NCBI GenBank assembly: GCA_963664325.2
Contig: CAXXDQ010000003.1
Location: 320,001-384,000 of the forward strand
DNA: 64,000 bases
Origin: Desulfomonilia bacterium
GTDB taxonomy: Bacteria; Desulfobacterota; Desulfomonilia; UBA1062
Reading direction: 5' to 3'
A program made the position numbers and the translations under genes. This document shows positions 19,549-30,339 of this stretch, piece after piece. Under the pieces are notes generated by a model that worked only from the letters and a program-made list of their open reading frames with translations, was not told the DNA's origin and ran no database searches. Every line of letters begins with the position of its first letter. The stretch's first letter is position 1.

Positions 19549-20841
19549 TTAAAAGATATAGGCCGTACTCAATGAGATGTAAATGGAGTCTTCATGGGCA
19601 TTAACTACTGTTCCCTCCAGTATATTCGTGTCTGCAAGTTTATAACCTACAGTCTTTCCATTTCCGAAAACATATTGAGCACCCAGTGTAGTAATCACAT
19701 GCTCAATTTCAATTCCGAAGCTTGCTGTAATCCCATAAAGGTCAATTTGAGGCAGTTCGTTGGGTTTGCCGGGATCAGCGTCAGGGGCAGATGAAAAGCT
19801 TGTAAAAAAGCCTGCGCGTACAGGATATTTTTTATTAATGTAATATTCTCCGCCTGCCTGAAAGTCCGTGACGGCCTTATGGCTGCGCCTTATGTCTATA
19901 CTGCTGGTACAATCAGGCTGGGAGCATCCGCCATCATCCTGAAGCCAGTCATAGCTGTGGGCAAAATGGTAGGTGGCATCAAATCCCAACGCGAATTTTT
20001 TGGGAACATTATATGATATTCCCATCTTGATCTGTGCTGGGATACCGTTGTCTGCCTCGAGATTGTCGTCATATAACGAGATTGGGTCAGGGGATTTGCT
20101 TGAGCTGCTCACTGCGCTTTCATGCAAGGTCCCCTTTCCGGCTATTCTTATTGAGGGGGATGTTACGCAAAGCCCAAGGTTTAAGGCTTCGGTCAATTTA
20201 TACTGCATGCCGGCGGAAGCGATGGCTGCATAGACGTTATACTTGTAGTTTACTGAACCGGAATAGCTGTAGTCTTTCCAGAACAGGTTCAGAAACTGGC
20301 TTGATGATGTATATGCGCAATAGGCCGAAACGCCGATGTTTAATTCGTCATTCACCTTATATCCCAACGATGGGCCTATTAGAAAAACCTGGAGGCTGTT
20401 TGTAAAGTTGTAATAATGCTCCTTGTTGTCACTTATGAATGATTCGATCTCCTTGTCTGAAATCTGCATGGGCACGAAGACAGAAAACGCCCATTTCAGC
20501 TTGTCTTTATATGGAAATATTACACTGACGCCTGTCGGTATTGTGGCAAGCGTGCTGGCGGTAAGATTCTCGCCTGGAAAGAGGTTGTCGTCTATTTTTA
20601 TATGCTGAATACCATACAGGTTTGCACTTGCCGAAATTGAACCGGATTGTGAGTTCGCAAGTCCTGCCGGGTTGTAATAACAGGCATCCATACCCTCTGC
20701 ATCGGCACTTACAGCACCTCCCATTCCTGAAGCCCTGAGCCCGAGTATATAGGGCTGATAGTTTGATTCATTTGCCGACAACTTTCCTGGCCCCAAAATG
20801 CATGCTGCTATCAGCAGCAGGATTGTGATGCGCTTATGCAT
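19549..20841 (-). CDS. FadL/OmpP1-like outer-membrane transporter
   Basis: signal peptide, GLRASGMGGA..., YNPAGL hatch motif, C-terminal Phe. Confidence 0.7.
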   Translation of the reverse strand: MHKRITILLLIAACILGPGKLSANESNYQPYILGLRASGMGGAVSADAEGMDACYYNPAGLANSQSGSISASANLYGIQHIKIDDNLFPGENLTASTLATIPTGVSVIFPYKDKLKWAFSVFVPMQISDKEIESFISDNKEHYYNFTNSLQVFLIGPSLGYKVNDELNIGVSAYCAYTSSSQFLNLFWKDYSYSGSVNYKYNVYAAIASAGMQYKLTEALNLGLCVTSPSIRIAGKGTLHESAVSSSSKSPDPISLYDDNLEADNGIPAQIKMGISYNVPKKFALGFDATYHFAHSYDWLQDDGGCSQPDCTSSIDIRRSHKAVTDFQAGGEYYINKKYPVRAGFFTSFSSAPDADPGKPNELPQIDLYGITASFGIEIEHVITTLGAQYVFGNGKTVGYKLADTNILEGTVVNAHEDSIYISLSTAYIF

Positions 20842-20884
20842 TTTGCATCCCCTGACAGTGAAGGTTATTAAGAATCACGTCATC

Positions 20885-22108
20885 CTAAAACAGAAAAATA
20901 GGGTAAGAATCGGGATTTTTCCCGAAACAGGTAACGTCATCAATTTTTTCTATTTTCTTTCCCCTGAGCACTGAATAAAGGAACCGTTCCACCCCGAGTC
21001 CTCCTCCGAATGTTTCCGGGAAATACGGCCTGCCCTTTTCATCGGACATTCTGGCCGCCGACAGGAACGGGCTGTAGCCGGCCAGGGGTTCAATATTTGT
21101 GATATTCCCGTCCTTGAAAACAGGTCTTTCGGCAAGGATATTGTTATCGAGCAGTCTTTCGATAATAGGCTCATAAAGCCATTCACGGATTGCGCCGGAC
21201 AGGATTTCAAGGGCCGGCAAAAATTTGCCGGTGTCCCGCTGCTTAGCCTTAGCACAGATATCATAATTGTAAATCATATCGGAAGTGAATGAGGAAATCG
21301 GAAACCTTGTGCCATCCGGCAGAAGATAGGGATATATGAGGTCGTAGTTTTCACGCATAAGGCCGGTCACCCAGAAGAACTGTTCTTCCGTTTCCTCGCC
21401 TGCCATCGATTCGGCCCTGGCTTTCCCGTATTTTTGAAGAATATTATCATTCCGGAACCTCGGGAAAGGTTGTTTCGGAACTTCCAGAACTACGCCCAAT
21501 GATTTAAGTTCGTCTTCATTATTATCGACTGTTGCGCTTACCGCGGCAACAATCATACGTTCAAAGAAATCATAGGCCCTTTCAATGTCCTCATTCAGTA
21601 TTGATTTTACTTTTTCGGGTTCATTCTTGTACTGATCGAGCGTAATGCCACGGTTTCTTTTCACCTCTATATCGATCTGTGAGAAGTCAATCAGGTATTT
21701 GCCCCGCTGTTTTCGTTGGGGGCTTTCAATCTCGAGCCTGATATTTGGTGAATCGACAAAGATGCCCTTTATCTTGGGATTAAAACAAGCCAGAAATTTG
21801 TGATAGATCATGGAATGTGTCGTAACATAAGGCATGCCCTTGTAATGAATTGAAGGCACATGCTCAACATCATGTGCAAGCGGGTCGGTAATAGGGCTCA
21901 TAAGGATGCGTTCAAGGTTGAAAAGCCCTTCGTTGGTTAAAAAATTTGTAATTGCCGTTACCATTGTAGTTCGAATGGCCATAGCCGAATAGATGGTGTC
22001 ACCGATCCATTTATTGACGTAGTTCTCGCGTACAAAATCTTCGAAAGAAGCGCCGGATTCAATTAACGATGCCTGAAAGTGAAACAGGTCCTCACCTATA
22101 AATGACAT
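20885..22108 (-). CDS. archaeal-type asparagine synthetase (AS-AR, aaRS class II core only)
   Basis: SPITDPL, THSMIYHK, SPNIRLE, FSQIDIE, EILSGAIREW, GLGVERF; no anticodon-binding OB domain. Confidence 0.65.
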   Translation of the reverse strand: MSFIGEDLFHFQASLIESGASFEDFVRENYVNKWIGDTIYSAMAIRTTMVTAITNFLTNEGLFNLERILMSPITDPLAHDVEHVPSIHYKGMPYVTTHSMIYHKFLACFNPKIKGIFVDSPNIRLEIESPQRKQRGKYLIDFSQIDIEVKRNRGITLDQYKNEPEKVKSILNEDIERAYDFFERMIVAAVSATVDNNEDELKSLGVVLEVPKQPFPRFRNDNILQKYGKARAESMAGEETEEQFFWVTGLMRENYDLIYPYLLPDGTRFPISSFTSDMIYNYDICAKAKQRDTGKFLPALEILSGAIREWLYEPIIERLLDNNILAERPVFKDGNITNIEPLAGYSPFLSAARMSDEKGRPYFPETFGGGLGVERFLYSVLRGKKIEKIDDVTCFGKNPDSYPIFLF

Positions 22109-22228
22109 AAAAAACCTCCTTTATGTAAGCTTTTTCTTTTGCCGGATTTTAGGGAATAAAAAATAATTTTACACATGGCGGCATCAAGTAACAATAGAAA
22201 ATTTTTTGATGGGCGGCAGATATCTTGT

Positions 22229-23722
22229 TCAGACTTTATTTTTAAAAAATTCCCATGGGAGTATCTCATCCTCTCCCCTTTTTCTAAGCGCATAATAGTC
22301 GGGATTCCTCTCCCATGACCTTAAAGCATCTTGCCAGTGTGATTCCTGGATGTCTGCAAGCCTGACAATCAACTCAAGAAGATGCCTGTCACCCCGGGCG
22401 ATGACAGCCTGAAGATATGCCCACTTTGGGCCTTCATAGCTGAGACGGATGTTGCTTTGATGCCTGAGGCCGTCTTCAATTCTTTTAAGCCTTCTCTTTG
22501 CATCTTTAATGTCCACCATTTCCATACGCTCAAAGTCCGTACGGGGTTTTGGTACGAATGTATTGACACTGACCTGTATGTTTCCGATCCGTTTGTTTCC
22601 TCTTGAAATCCTGATGAAACTCTGGCGGCAGCGCTTGACAAGGTCAATGATCGAATCCACATCCTCTAGTGTTTCGCCGGGCAGTCCTATCATGAAGTAG
22701 AGCTTTATATCCATTATGCCTGCAGACACGAGAGCCTCAATGTCATTGAGGATGGTAGCGTTGCTTATGTCTTTGGACACGTCCTTTCTAAGGCTCTCCG
22801 AGCCGGTCTCCGGGGCAAGGGTAATGCCTTTGCTGCCTGAACGTTCAATAAGCCTGATCAGGCCAGGGGTGATCATGCCCAATCTCAGGGACGGAGGGGC
22901 AATATTTATATCAATTGCACGGATAACCTCAAACATGTCCGCAGTCTGCGGGTGATTGTTCAGAGAGGCGCTGACCATACCAAGTTTCAGTCCGGAATCC
23001 TTTGCTTTTTCAAAAACAGGGATCAGGTCCTCAAGTTTAACCGCCCTGAATGGAGAATATATCTTCCTTGCGGCGCAGAACATGCATGAAAAAGGACAGC
23101 CCCTTGCTGTTTCAACAAGGAACATGTCGCCGAAAGCGGTAGTTTCTGTGACTATTGCAGTATGTGCGGGAGATTGAACAGGGTTTATTGTACTGCAGGA
23201 AAAGGCCGTATTGATCAACCTGCCGGGTATGTAAATACCGGGACGGCCTTCCAGCCTGTCCAGGAATTCCTCATAACCTGAGCTTTTGATAAAGGCCTCA
23301 TACAGCATTTCGGGCGCAGGTTCTCCGTCACCGAGAAAGCATATGTCAAGCATATCGGCCACAGGTTCGGGGTTCATCGTTACTGCAGCCCCGCCTGCTA
23401 CTACAACCGGTGCCCCCTTTCGTTCCGAGGCCAGAACGGGTATCTTCGTGTCCTTTAGAAACCTTGCCGCATTTATCCAGTCGAGTTCATAAGAAACAGA
23501 AAAGGCTGCTATATGAAAATCCGATATGGGCCGTGAGTTTTCCAGGGAGCGGGGGAAATCTGAGAAGAACCGTTCACAGACGATCCCCGGATGAGCATTG
23601 AATGCCCTGTACATGGCATGGATGCCGAGATTGGACATGCCGACAAAATAGGTGTTCGGATAAATCAGGGCAATATTTAGCCTGCCGCCAGGGTCTTTTC
23701 TGACAGCGCCCTTTTCATGCAT
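22229..23722 (-). CDS. B12-binding-like radical SAM protein
   Basis: YPNTYFVGMSNLG, ETARGCPFSCMFC (CxxxCxxC), KLYFMIGLPGET. Confidence 0.8.
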   Translation of the reverse strand: MHEKGAVRKDPGGRLNIALIYPNTYFVGMSNLGIHAMYRAFNAHPGIVCERFFSDFPRSLENSRPISDFHIAAFSVSYELDWINAARFLKDTKIPVLASERKGAPVVVAGGAAVTMNPEPVADMLDICFLGDGEPAPEMLYEAFIKSSGYEEFLDRLEGRPGIYIPGRLINTAFSCSTINPVQSPAHTAIVTETTAFGDMFLVETARGCPFSCMFCAARKIYSPFRAVKLEDLIPVFEKAKDSGLKLGMVSASLNNHPQTADMFEVIRAIDINIAPPSLRLGMITPGLIRLIERSGSKGITLAPETGSESLRKDVSKDISNATILNDIEALVSAGIMDIKLYFMIGLPGETLEDVDSIIDLVKRCRQSFIRISRGNKRIGNIQVSVNTFVPKPRTDFERMEMVDIKDAKRRLKRIEDGLRHQSNIRLSYEGPKWAYLQAVIARGDRHLLELIVRLADIQESHWQDALRSWERNPDYYALRKRGEDEILPWEFFKNKV

Positions 23723-25064
23723 CTATTTCAAGCCCTTTGATTTTGCGGTGGAGATTGCTGCGTTCAACCCCGATCATATCGGCGGTTTTTGATATATTGT
23801 TCCCGCACTGCGCCAGCTTTTTGGAGATGAAAATTCTCTCGAACTCGTTTCTGGCATCCTTTAAGAGATCAATATCAAAAATTCTCTCGAATTCGGATGT
23901 GGTTTTTGATGTCAGCGGGGATACATTATCCGCAGAGATGGAATTTCCCGGGGTCATTATAACCAGCCTTTCAAGGATATTTTTAAGCTCCCTGACATTT
24001 CCGGGCCAGTCATGCTGCATGAGCTTTCTGATGGCACTTTCGGTAATGGTTTTTTTAATACCGTTATTAAGGACCGCATACATTGTGAGGAAGTGCTCGA
24101 TAAGCTGGGGAATATCCTCCTTGCGTTCCCTTAAGGGCGGGACAAAGAGCGGTATGACATTCAATCTGTAATACAGGTCCTGTCTGAAGTTGCCGTTTGC
24201 AATCTCTTCTTCGAGATTTTTGTTTGTTGCTGTCAGGACCCTCACATCCACCTGTATGGTCTGGGACCCTCCTACACGTTCAAAACGCTGCTCCTGGAGT
24301 ATGCGAAGTATCTTGGCCTGCGTGTTCAGACTCATATCGCCTATTTCGTCAAGGAACAGTGTGCCATTGTTAGCCAGGTCGAATTTACCGCGCTTGCGCT
24401 CTATTGCCCCTGTGAAAGAACCCTTTTCATGTCCGAAGAGTTCGCTCTCAATGAGTTCACCAGGTATTGCTGCGCAGTTGACCTCGACAAAAGGCTGGAT
24501 ATTCCGTCTGCTCAGCTTGTGCAGCCTTCTTGCCACAAGCTCTTTCCCTGTGCCGTTTTCACCAAGTATAAGCACCCATGAATCTGCAGGAGCTGCCCTG
24601 TCGATTTCTTCCTTCAGCCTGATAATGGCAGGGGAAGATCCAATGATCTCGTCATCTTTTTCCGTCTTTTTCTTTAAGAGAGCGTTCTCAACGGAGAGCT
24701 CTTTCATATGGAGGGCGTTGTTTATGGTAATTATAATGCGGTTCAGGTCCAGGGGCTTTTCAAGAAAATCAAGGGCCCCGAGTCTTGTTGTCTTTACCGC
24801 AGCATCGATGGATCCATGGCCGGTCATGATTATTACAGGAAGGTCAGGGTTTGATTTCTTGATTACCTGAAGCGTCTCTATCCCGTCGATGCCAGGCATC
24901 CAAATGTCCAGCAAAACAATGTCCACATCCTGCTTTTCAATTATCTTGAGGGCGTCTTCACCGTTCGATGCCTGCATTACATAAAAACCCTCATCCTCAA
25001 GGCTTCCTTTTAATGAGAGCCTGATATTATCTTCATCGTCAACGATCAGTACTGTGTATTTCAT
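23715..25064 (-). CDS. ntrX: NtrX-type sigma54-interaction response regulator
   Basis: REC (LLDIWMP), GENGTGKE, ESELFGHEKGSFTGA, C-terminal HTH. Confidence 0.85.
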   Translation of the reverse strand: MKYTVLIVDDEDNIRLSLKGSLEDEGFYVMQASNGEDALKIIEKQDVDIVLLDIWMPGIDGIETLQVIKKSNPDLPVIIMTGHGSIDAAVKTTRLGALDFLEKPLDLNRIIITINNALHMKELSVENALLKKKTEKDDEIIGSSPAIIRLKEEIDRAAPADSWVLILGENGTGKELVARRLHKLSRRNIQPFVEVNCAAIPGELIESELFGHEKGSFTGAIERKRGKFDLANNGTLFLDEIGDMSLNTQAKILRILQEQRFERVGGSQTIQVDVRVLTATNKNLEEEIANGNFRQDLYYRLNVIPLFVPPLRERKEDIPQLIEHFLTMYAVLNNGIKKTITESAIRKLMQHDWPGNVRELKNILERLVIMTPGNSISADNVSPLTSKTTSEFERIFDIDLLKDARNEFERIFISKKLAQCGNNISKTADMIGVERSNLHRKIKGLEIDA

Positions 25065-27244
25065 GCCTTCTCCTTAACAGGTAACTCGATGGTTATAATT
25101 GTGCCGGTCGGCTGGTTATCGCGTACCCGGATGAATCCGTTGTGGTCCGTAATAATACTTTTAACTATTACCAGCCCCAGGCCTGTGCCACCTCTCTTGG
25201 TGGAAAAATACGGTTCAAACATCCTTTCCTTCACCTTTGCTGGGATACCGGGGCCGGAGTCCATAATTTCAAGCCTGGCAAAGCGGATATCCCGGTTATA
25301 GGAGGTCTTTGCCGTGATTGTTTTTATGGGGACATTCGATTCCTTTAAAGCGACCGTCGCGTTTTCAAGCAGGTTGGTAATGGCCCTGTTCATTTGCGAA
25401 CGGTCAAGCTCGACGCCAGTCAATGTTTCATCGGTTTCAACGATGTATTCGATATCAGGATGGGCCTGTCTGTAGAGCGCCACGGCGTCAGTCAGCACTT
25501 CGTTCAGGTTATCCGGCACAGGCATTGAAGACGGCATCTTGGCAAAGGCCGAGAACTCGTCAACCAGACGTTTCATCTCCTCCACCTGCGTTACGATGAG
25601 ACGGGTGCATTCGTCAAAGACTTCAGGATCGTCATTGATCCTGTCAAGATAGCGGCGCCTCAGCCTCTGGGCTGAAAGCTGTATCGGCGTAAGAGGATTT
25701 TTGATCTCATGTGCGATTCTCCTCGCGACCTCGCGCCATGCCGCCACGCGCTGCATACGCTGAAGTTCGGTAAGGTCGTCGAACACGACCACCATCCCTA
25801 TGTATTCATTGTTGTCGTCATAAAGCATTGATGCGTGAATAAGCAGTGCCAGCCTTCTGCCCTCTATGCTGAGCACGACCTCTTTTTCGATCACCATGCC
25901 TTTGCTCTTGCCGATGGCTTCCACAAGCCCCGCAACGATAGGCATATGTTCTTCCTTCAGGACCTCACGCCATTTCCGTCCGATAACCTTATCTATTTTT
26001 ATGGCCAGCATTTTCTGGGCGCTTGCATTTATCATTGAAATATTGTCATTTGAATCAACCGATATGACGCCGGTCGATACGTTTTTAAGAACGGTCTGGA
26101 TATACCTGTTACGTGCTGCAAGTTCATTGTAGGTCTGCTCGAGGTTTGTCCTTGATTCCCGCAGGTCACCTACCATTAGGTTGAAGTCTTCCTGAAGGAT
26201 CCCCAGTTCGTCGTCCGATGTCACATCGACGGAAAATCCCAGGTCGCCCTTTGAAACCCGCTGCGTGCCTTCAACCAGCTTTTCAATCGGGTTTGTAAGC
26301 CCTTTCGAGAGGTTCAGCCCGTACCAGATCGCTGAGAAAATGACAAGGAGCGTCACGGAAGTAAGGGTTATTATGAACTCGGTCTTTATCCAGCCTTTGA
26401 GCCTGAGGCTCTCGATATAATCGTTATATGAGGTGCTGATAAGGCCGAGTCTTCCCGATAGGCTCTCGGGAACATAGTAATCAACAGCAAGAACACCGAC
26501 TATGTCCTTAGGGTTGAAGGATGAATGTATCGGAACTATGCCTTCAATAATATCCGCCTTGCCTGCCTGGATTACCCTGCTGTTGCTCTTGCCGTTCATT
26601 GCAGCTTTTACCAGGCCTGATTCCGGGTCCGGCAGGGTGGATATCCCCAGTTTCGGAGAGATGATCTTGACCAGCTCTTCTCCCTGAGCTGAAAAAACCG
26701 CCACGGCAGACAGCCTGAACATCTCCATCCTGTCTCCGAGCAGGTCCTTCAATATATCGAGGTTTCCTTCACGCAGGAGCCTTCTCTGAGTTATCTCCTC
26801 CGATATGAATGTTGCATAGTGCTGCGCGTCAACCGAGGCCTCCTGATAGTAAATGTTTGCTACATTTAGGGATTCCGCAATGGCCTTTTTGACCTCTTCG
26901 GAAAGCCAGCCTTCCATGCTCCTGTCTACAAAGATTACACTGGTGAAAAACAGGACCATCGCGGGAAAAATTGTTAGCGTAACAAATGCCGCAACGAGCT
27001 TGGTACGCAGCTTGGAGCCGAGCATACCCTTTCGGCGTTCCAGCATAAGCTTGACGACATTTCTTACCACGAGGAAAATAACCAGAATTAAAAGGACTAT
27101 GTTAAGGTTGAGCAGTGCCAGAAATGTTACATGGCTCGATGGCAATGCCTGGAACTGGGGCAGATGTTTCTCCACCCAGACAAGACCTATGATCAGGCCG
27201 GTCAGGAGCACTGCGATACTGAATTCTACAGTCTTTTTTGACAT
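25061..27244 (-). CDS. ntrY: NtrY-type HAMP-PAS histidine kinase
   Basis: GSKLRTKLV, HAMP, PAS, AWREVARRIAHEIKNPLTPIQL, DSGPGI, GTGLGL. Confidence 0.88.
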   Translation of the reverse strand: MSKKTVEFSIAVLLTGLIIGLVWVEKHLPQFQALPSSHVTFLALLNLNIVLLILVIFLVVRNVVKLMLERRKGMLGSKLRTKLVAAFVTLTIFPAMVLFFTSVIFVDRSMEGWLSEEVKKAIAESLNVANIYYQEASVDAQHYATFISEEITQRRLLREGNLDILKDLLGDRMEMFRLSAVAVFSAQGEELVKIISPKLGISTLPDPESGLVKAAMNGKSNSRVIQAGKADIIEGIVPIHSSFNPKDIVGVLAVDYYVPESLSGRLGLISTSYNDYIESLRLKGWIKTEFIITLTSVTLLVIFSAIWYGLNLSKGLTNPIEKLVEGTQRVSKGDLGFSVDVTSDDELGILQEDFNLMVGDLRESRTNLEQTYNELAARNRYIQTVLKNVSTGVISVDSNDNISMINASAQKMLAIKIDKVIGRKWREVLKEEHMPIVAGLVEAIGKSKGMVIEKEVVLSIEGRRLALLIHASMLYDDNNEYIGMVVVFDDLTELQRMQRVAAWREVARRIAHEIKNPLTPIQLSAQRLRRRYLDRINDDPEVFDECTRLIVTQVEEMKRLVDEFSAFAKMPSSMPVPDNLNEVLTDAVALYRQAHPDIEYIVETDETLTGVELDRSQMNRAITNLLENATVALKESNVPIKTITAKTSYNRDIRFARLEIMDSGPGIPAKVKERMFEPYFSTKRGGTGLGLVIVKSIITDHNGFIRVRDNQPTGTIITIELPVKEKA

Positions 27245-27245
27245 A

Positions 27246-28058
27246 CTATTCCCTGCCTGAGATCAAACCGGACCATATGGATCTTGCCAGTTCAACATGA
27301 AGCCTGTGATTTGCCCTGGCAGCTTTTATCAAGCCTGTAACAGGCCTTCCCAGTAGCCACAGGTCTCCCAGAAGGTCAAGTATCTTGTGCCTGACGAACT
27401 CGTCTTCAAAGCGAAGGCCTCCGGGATTGAGAATCATGTCGTTATCGACAACGACGGCATTATCGAGGCTTCCTCCAAGCGCGAGCCCCATGGCCTTCAT
27501 TGCATCCACATCTTTTAGCCTTCCGAATGTCCTTGCCGGAGCTATCAGGGCCTTATAATCCTTTCCCGAATAGATGTATGACTGTCTGCCAATTGCCGGT
27601 TCGGGAAAATCAATTGAATAGCTGATGGAAAAATCTCCAGGGGAAATTTCAACATATGCATTGTCATCACCTACCCGGAGCCTGGACTTGATGATGAAGG
27701 GGTCTATTTCTCCTATGGCGCGTGTTCCTGCCTGGAAAAGTGCGTTGAAAAAAGGCAGCGCCGATCCGTCCATTGAAGGCATCTCATCACCGTCTACATG
27801 CACTTCGCAATCAGTGATGCCGAGACCGTAAAACGCACTCATGAGATGTTCGATGGTGGAAATACAAGTGCCTTCCGAACCGATCATCGTATTGAGTCTC
27901 GTATCCACGACATAGTCCGGCCTTGCAGGGATTATAAGCTCGTTACGAATGAACAGGATGCCTTCTTCGCCAGCCCGGATGCTCAGATTAACCGTGTTAC
28001 CCCTGTGAAGGCCGGTCCCATCAATCGTTATTGTTCTTGCAACTGTTTGTCTGAGCAT
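27246..28058 (-). CDS. lpxC: UDP-3-O-acyl-GlcNAc deacetylase
   Basis: GTGLHRG, TIEHLMSA, MDGSA, PARTFG, HKILDLLGD. Confidence 0.93.
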   Translation of the reverse strand: MLRQTVARTITIDGTGLHRGNTVNLSIRAGEEGILFIRNELIIPARPDYVVDTRLNTMIGSEGTCISTIEHLMSAFYGLGITDCEVHVDGDEMPSMDGSALPFFNALFQAGTRAIGEIDPFIIKSRLRVGDDNAYVEISPGDFSISYSIDFPEPAIGRQSYIYSGKDYKALIAPARTFGRLKDVDAMKAMGLALGGSLDNAVVVDNDMILNPGGLRFEDEFVRHKILDLLGDLWLLGRPVTGLIKAARANHRLHVELARSIWSGLISGRE

Positions 28059-28212
28059 GAGACAAGACTATTTCAGGTGGGTTCAATAGTCAACCGGCGT
28101 TAGCATATTATCAGGCGATTCGTGACATGGCTTTGTCGGAATTGTATTTTTTGCTAATATTGTCCTGTCAATAATTCGATAAATGAATTCAGAATAAAAA
28201 TAAGGAGCGGCC

Positions 28213-28932
28213 ATGAAACTGCTAGTCCTTCTCCGTCATGGAGAAAGTGCATGGAACAGCGAAAACCGTTTTACGGGCTGGACGGATGTAGGCCTGTCAG
28301 ACAAAGGCAGGCAACAGGCCCATGAGGCGGGAATACTGATAAAAAGGGAAGGATATATTTTCGATGTGGCTTTTACTTCACTGCTTAAAAGGGCAATCGA
28401 TACGCTCAATATAGCCCTTGATGAATGCGGACAGTCCTGGATACCCGTGGTCAAGAGCTGGAGGCTTAACGAAAGGCATTACGGGGCTCTACAGGGCCTT
28501 GACAAGGCTCAGACTGCAGAAAAATACGGTGAAAACATGGTTCATCTCTGGCGCAGGGGTTATTACAACAAACCCCCTGCGCTTGAGAAATCAGACAGCC
28601 GATGGCCCGGACATGAAATCATGTACAGGGATGTAAACGATGACGAAGTCCCCCTTGCGGAATCTCTTGATGACGTTCTCAAAAGGCTTATGCCGTTCTG
28701 GAACAGTGATATCAAACCCAGCCTGAGGTCAGGTAAGAAGGTTCTCATCAGCGCGCATGGCAATTCCCTGCGTTCTCTTGTTAAACACCTTCAGAATCTT
28801 GATGAGGAGCAGATTGAGAATGTAGACATCCCGACGGGAGTACCGCTTGTTTATGAACTGGGTGATGATTTGAAGCCTGAGGACATCTATTATCTTGGTG
28901 ACAACGAAAAGATAGATACCGCCTACAGGTAA
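28213..28932 (+). CDS. gpmA: 2,3-BPG-dependent phosphoglycerate mutase
   Basis: [29 protein letters not shown]. Confidence 0.95.
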   Translation: MKLLVLLRHGESAWNSENRFTGWTDVGLSDKGRQQAHEAGILIKREGYIFDVAFTSLLKRAIDTLNIALDECGQSWIPVVKSWRLNERHYGALQGLDKAQTAEKYGENMVHLWRRGYYNKPPALEKSDSRWPGHEIMYRDVNDDEVPLAESLDDVLKRLMPFWNSDIKPSLRSGKKVLISAHGNSLRSLVKHLQNLDEEQIENVDIPTGVPLVYELGDDLKPEDIYYLGDNEKIDTAYR

Positions 28933-28954
28933 ATCCATTCGAAAGGAGAAAAAA

Positions 28955-30010
28955 ATGCGCGATAAGATTATTAACCTGCTTGGAGAAACTGTGGCAAAAG
29001 ACCTGCTCGATCACAAGTGTATTGTCCCCAAAGACAGCCTGCACCTGCCCGGGCCGGATTATGTGGAGAAAAACATGATGATCTCAGACAGGAAGCCTTC
29101 TGTCCTCAGGAATATGCAGGCCCTTCTGGGCTGCGGAAGGCTTTCCGGTACGGGCTATCTTTCAATTCTGCCAGTGGATCAGGGAATAGAACACAGTGCA
29201 GGAGCTTCTTTTGCTCCGAATCCCATATACTTCGATCCGGAAAACATTGTTAAACTGGCCATCGAGGCCGGATGCAGCGCCGTTGCATCAACACTCGGCG
29301 TGCTCGGCTCGGTTGCAAGAAAATATGCGCACAGGATTCCGTTCATCCTCAAGATCAACCACAATGACCTGCTGATATATCCGGAAAAGCACGACCAGAT
29401 ACTGTTTGCAAATGTCAATCAGGCATTCGACATGGGAGCCGCAGCAATAGGAGCGACCATCTATTTCGGGTCCGAAGAGAGCTCCAGGCAGTTGATGGAA
29501 ATAACAGAGGCGTTTGCGCTTGCACATGATCTCGGACTTGTAACCATTCTCTGGGCATATCTGAGAAACGACGGGTTCAAGAAAAACGGCGTTGATTACC
29601 ATACGGCCGCGGACCTGACCGGTCAGGCCAACCACCTCTCGGTCACGATCGAGGCCGATATTGTCAAGCAGAAGCAGCCGACAGTGAACGGAGGCTACAA
29701 TGCCGTCAACTTCGGCAAGACAAATCCGAAAGTCTATACGGAGCTTTCAACGAACCATCCCGTCGACCTCACGAGGTATCAGGTGATGAACTGCTACATG
29801 GGCAGGCAGGGGCTGATCAATTCGGGTGGTGAATCCAAGGGCGAGACAGACCTTGCCGAGGCCCTAAGGACGGCGGTGATAAACAAGCGGGCCGGCGGCA
29901 TGGGGCTCATATCGGGAAGAAAGGCTTTCCAGCGGCCCATGAAGGAAGGCGTGGAGCTTCTTAATGCTATTCAGGACGTTTATTTGTCCAGCGAAGTTAC
30001 GATTGCATAA
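28955..30010 (+). CDS. fbaB: class I fructose-bisphosphate aldolase
   Basis: [36 protein letters not shown]. Confidence 0.93.
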   Translation: MRDKIINLLGETVAKDLLDHKCIVPKDSLHLPGPDYVEKNMMISDRKPSVLRNMQALLGCGRLSGTGYLSILPVDQGIEHSAGASFAPNPIYFDPENIVKLAIEAGCSAVASTLGVLGSVARKYAHRIPFILKINHNDLLIYPEKHDQILFANVNQAFDMGAAAIGATIYFGSEESSRQLMEITEAFALAHDLGLVTILWAYLRNDGFKKNGVDYHTAADLTGQANHLSVTIEADIVKQKQPTVNGGYNAVNFGKTNPKVYTELSTNHPVDLTRYQVMNCYMGRQGLINSGGESKGETDLAEALRTAVINKRAGGMGLISGRKAFQRPMKEGVELLNAIQDVYLSSEVTIA

Positions 30011-30014
30011 TGAA

Positions 30015-30044
30015 TTGACACCCTGATTTGTTTCATCCTATAAG
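30015..30044 (+). promoter_or_regulatory. sigma70-type promoter for tatB-tatC, possibly leaderless
   Basis: TTGACA-N18-TATAAG, then 7 nt to ATG 30052; no SD. Confidence 0.5.
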
Positions 30045-30051
30045 GGCTCGC

Positions 30052-30339
30052 ATGTTTGGTGTCGGTGGGACGGAACTATTCATAATCCTTGTTATTGCCC
30101 TTATCGTGCTTGGGCCGAACAAGCTTCCTGATCTTGCCAGAATGCTCGGCAAAGCAATGGGTGAACTTCAACGGGCGACAAGCGATCTGAAGCGTGAAAT
30201 AGATGTTGCAGGGGAGCATAAAAACGAACCGGCAGCTCAGAAGCCCGATGAGAAAAGCAGCGGGAATGAAAATATTCCGACCGGGAATTCTTCTGAAGAA
30301 AAAGTTCAAAATGGAGATGACAAACGGGGGGCGGACTGA
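30052..30339 (+). CDS. tatB: twin-arginine translocase TatA/TatB subunit
   Basis: MFGVGGTELFIIL..ALIVLGPNKLPDLAR.LGK. Confidence 0.8.
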   Translation: MFGVGGTELFIILVIALIVLGPNKLPDLARMLGKAMGELQRATSDLKREIDVAGEHKNEPAAQKPDEKSSGNENIPTGNSSEEKVQNGDDKRGAD

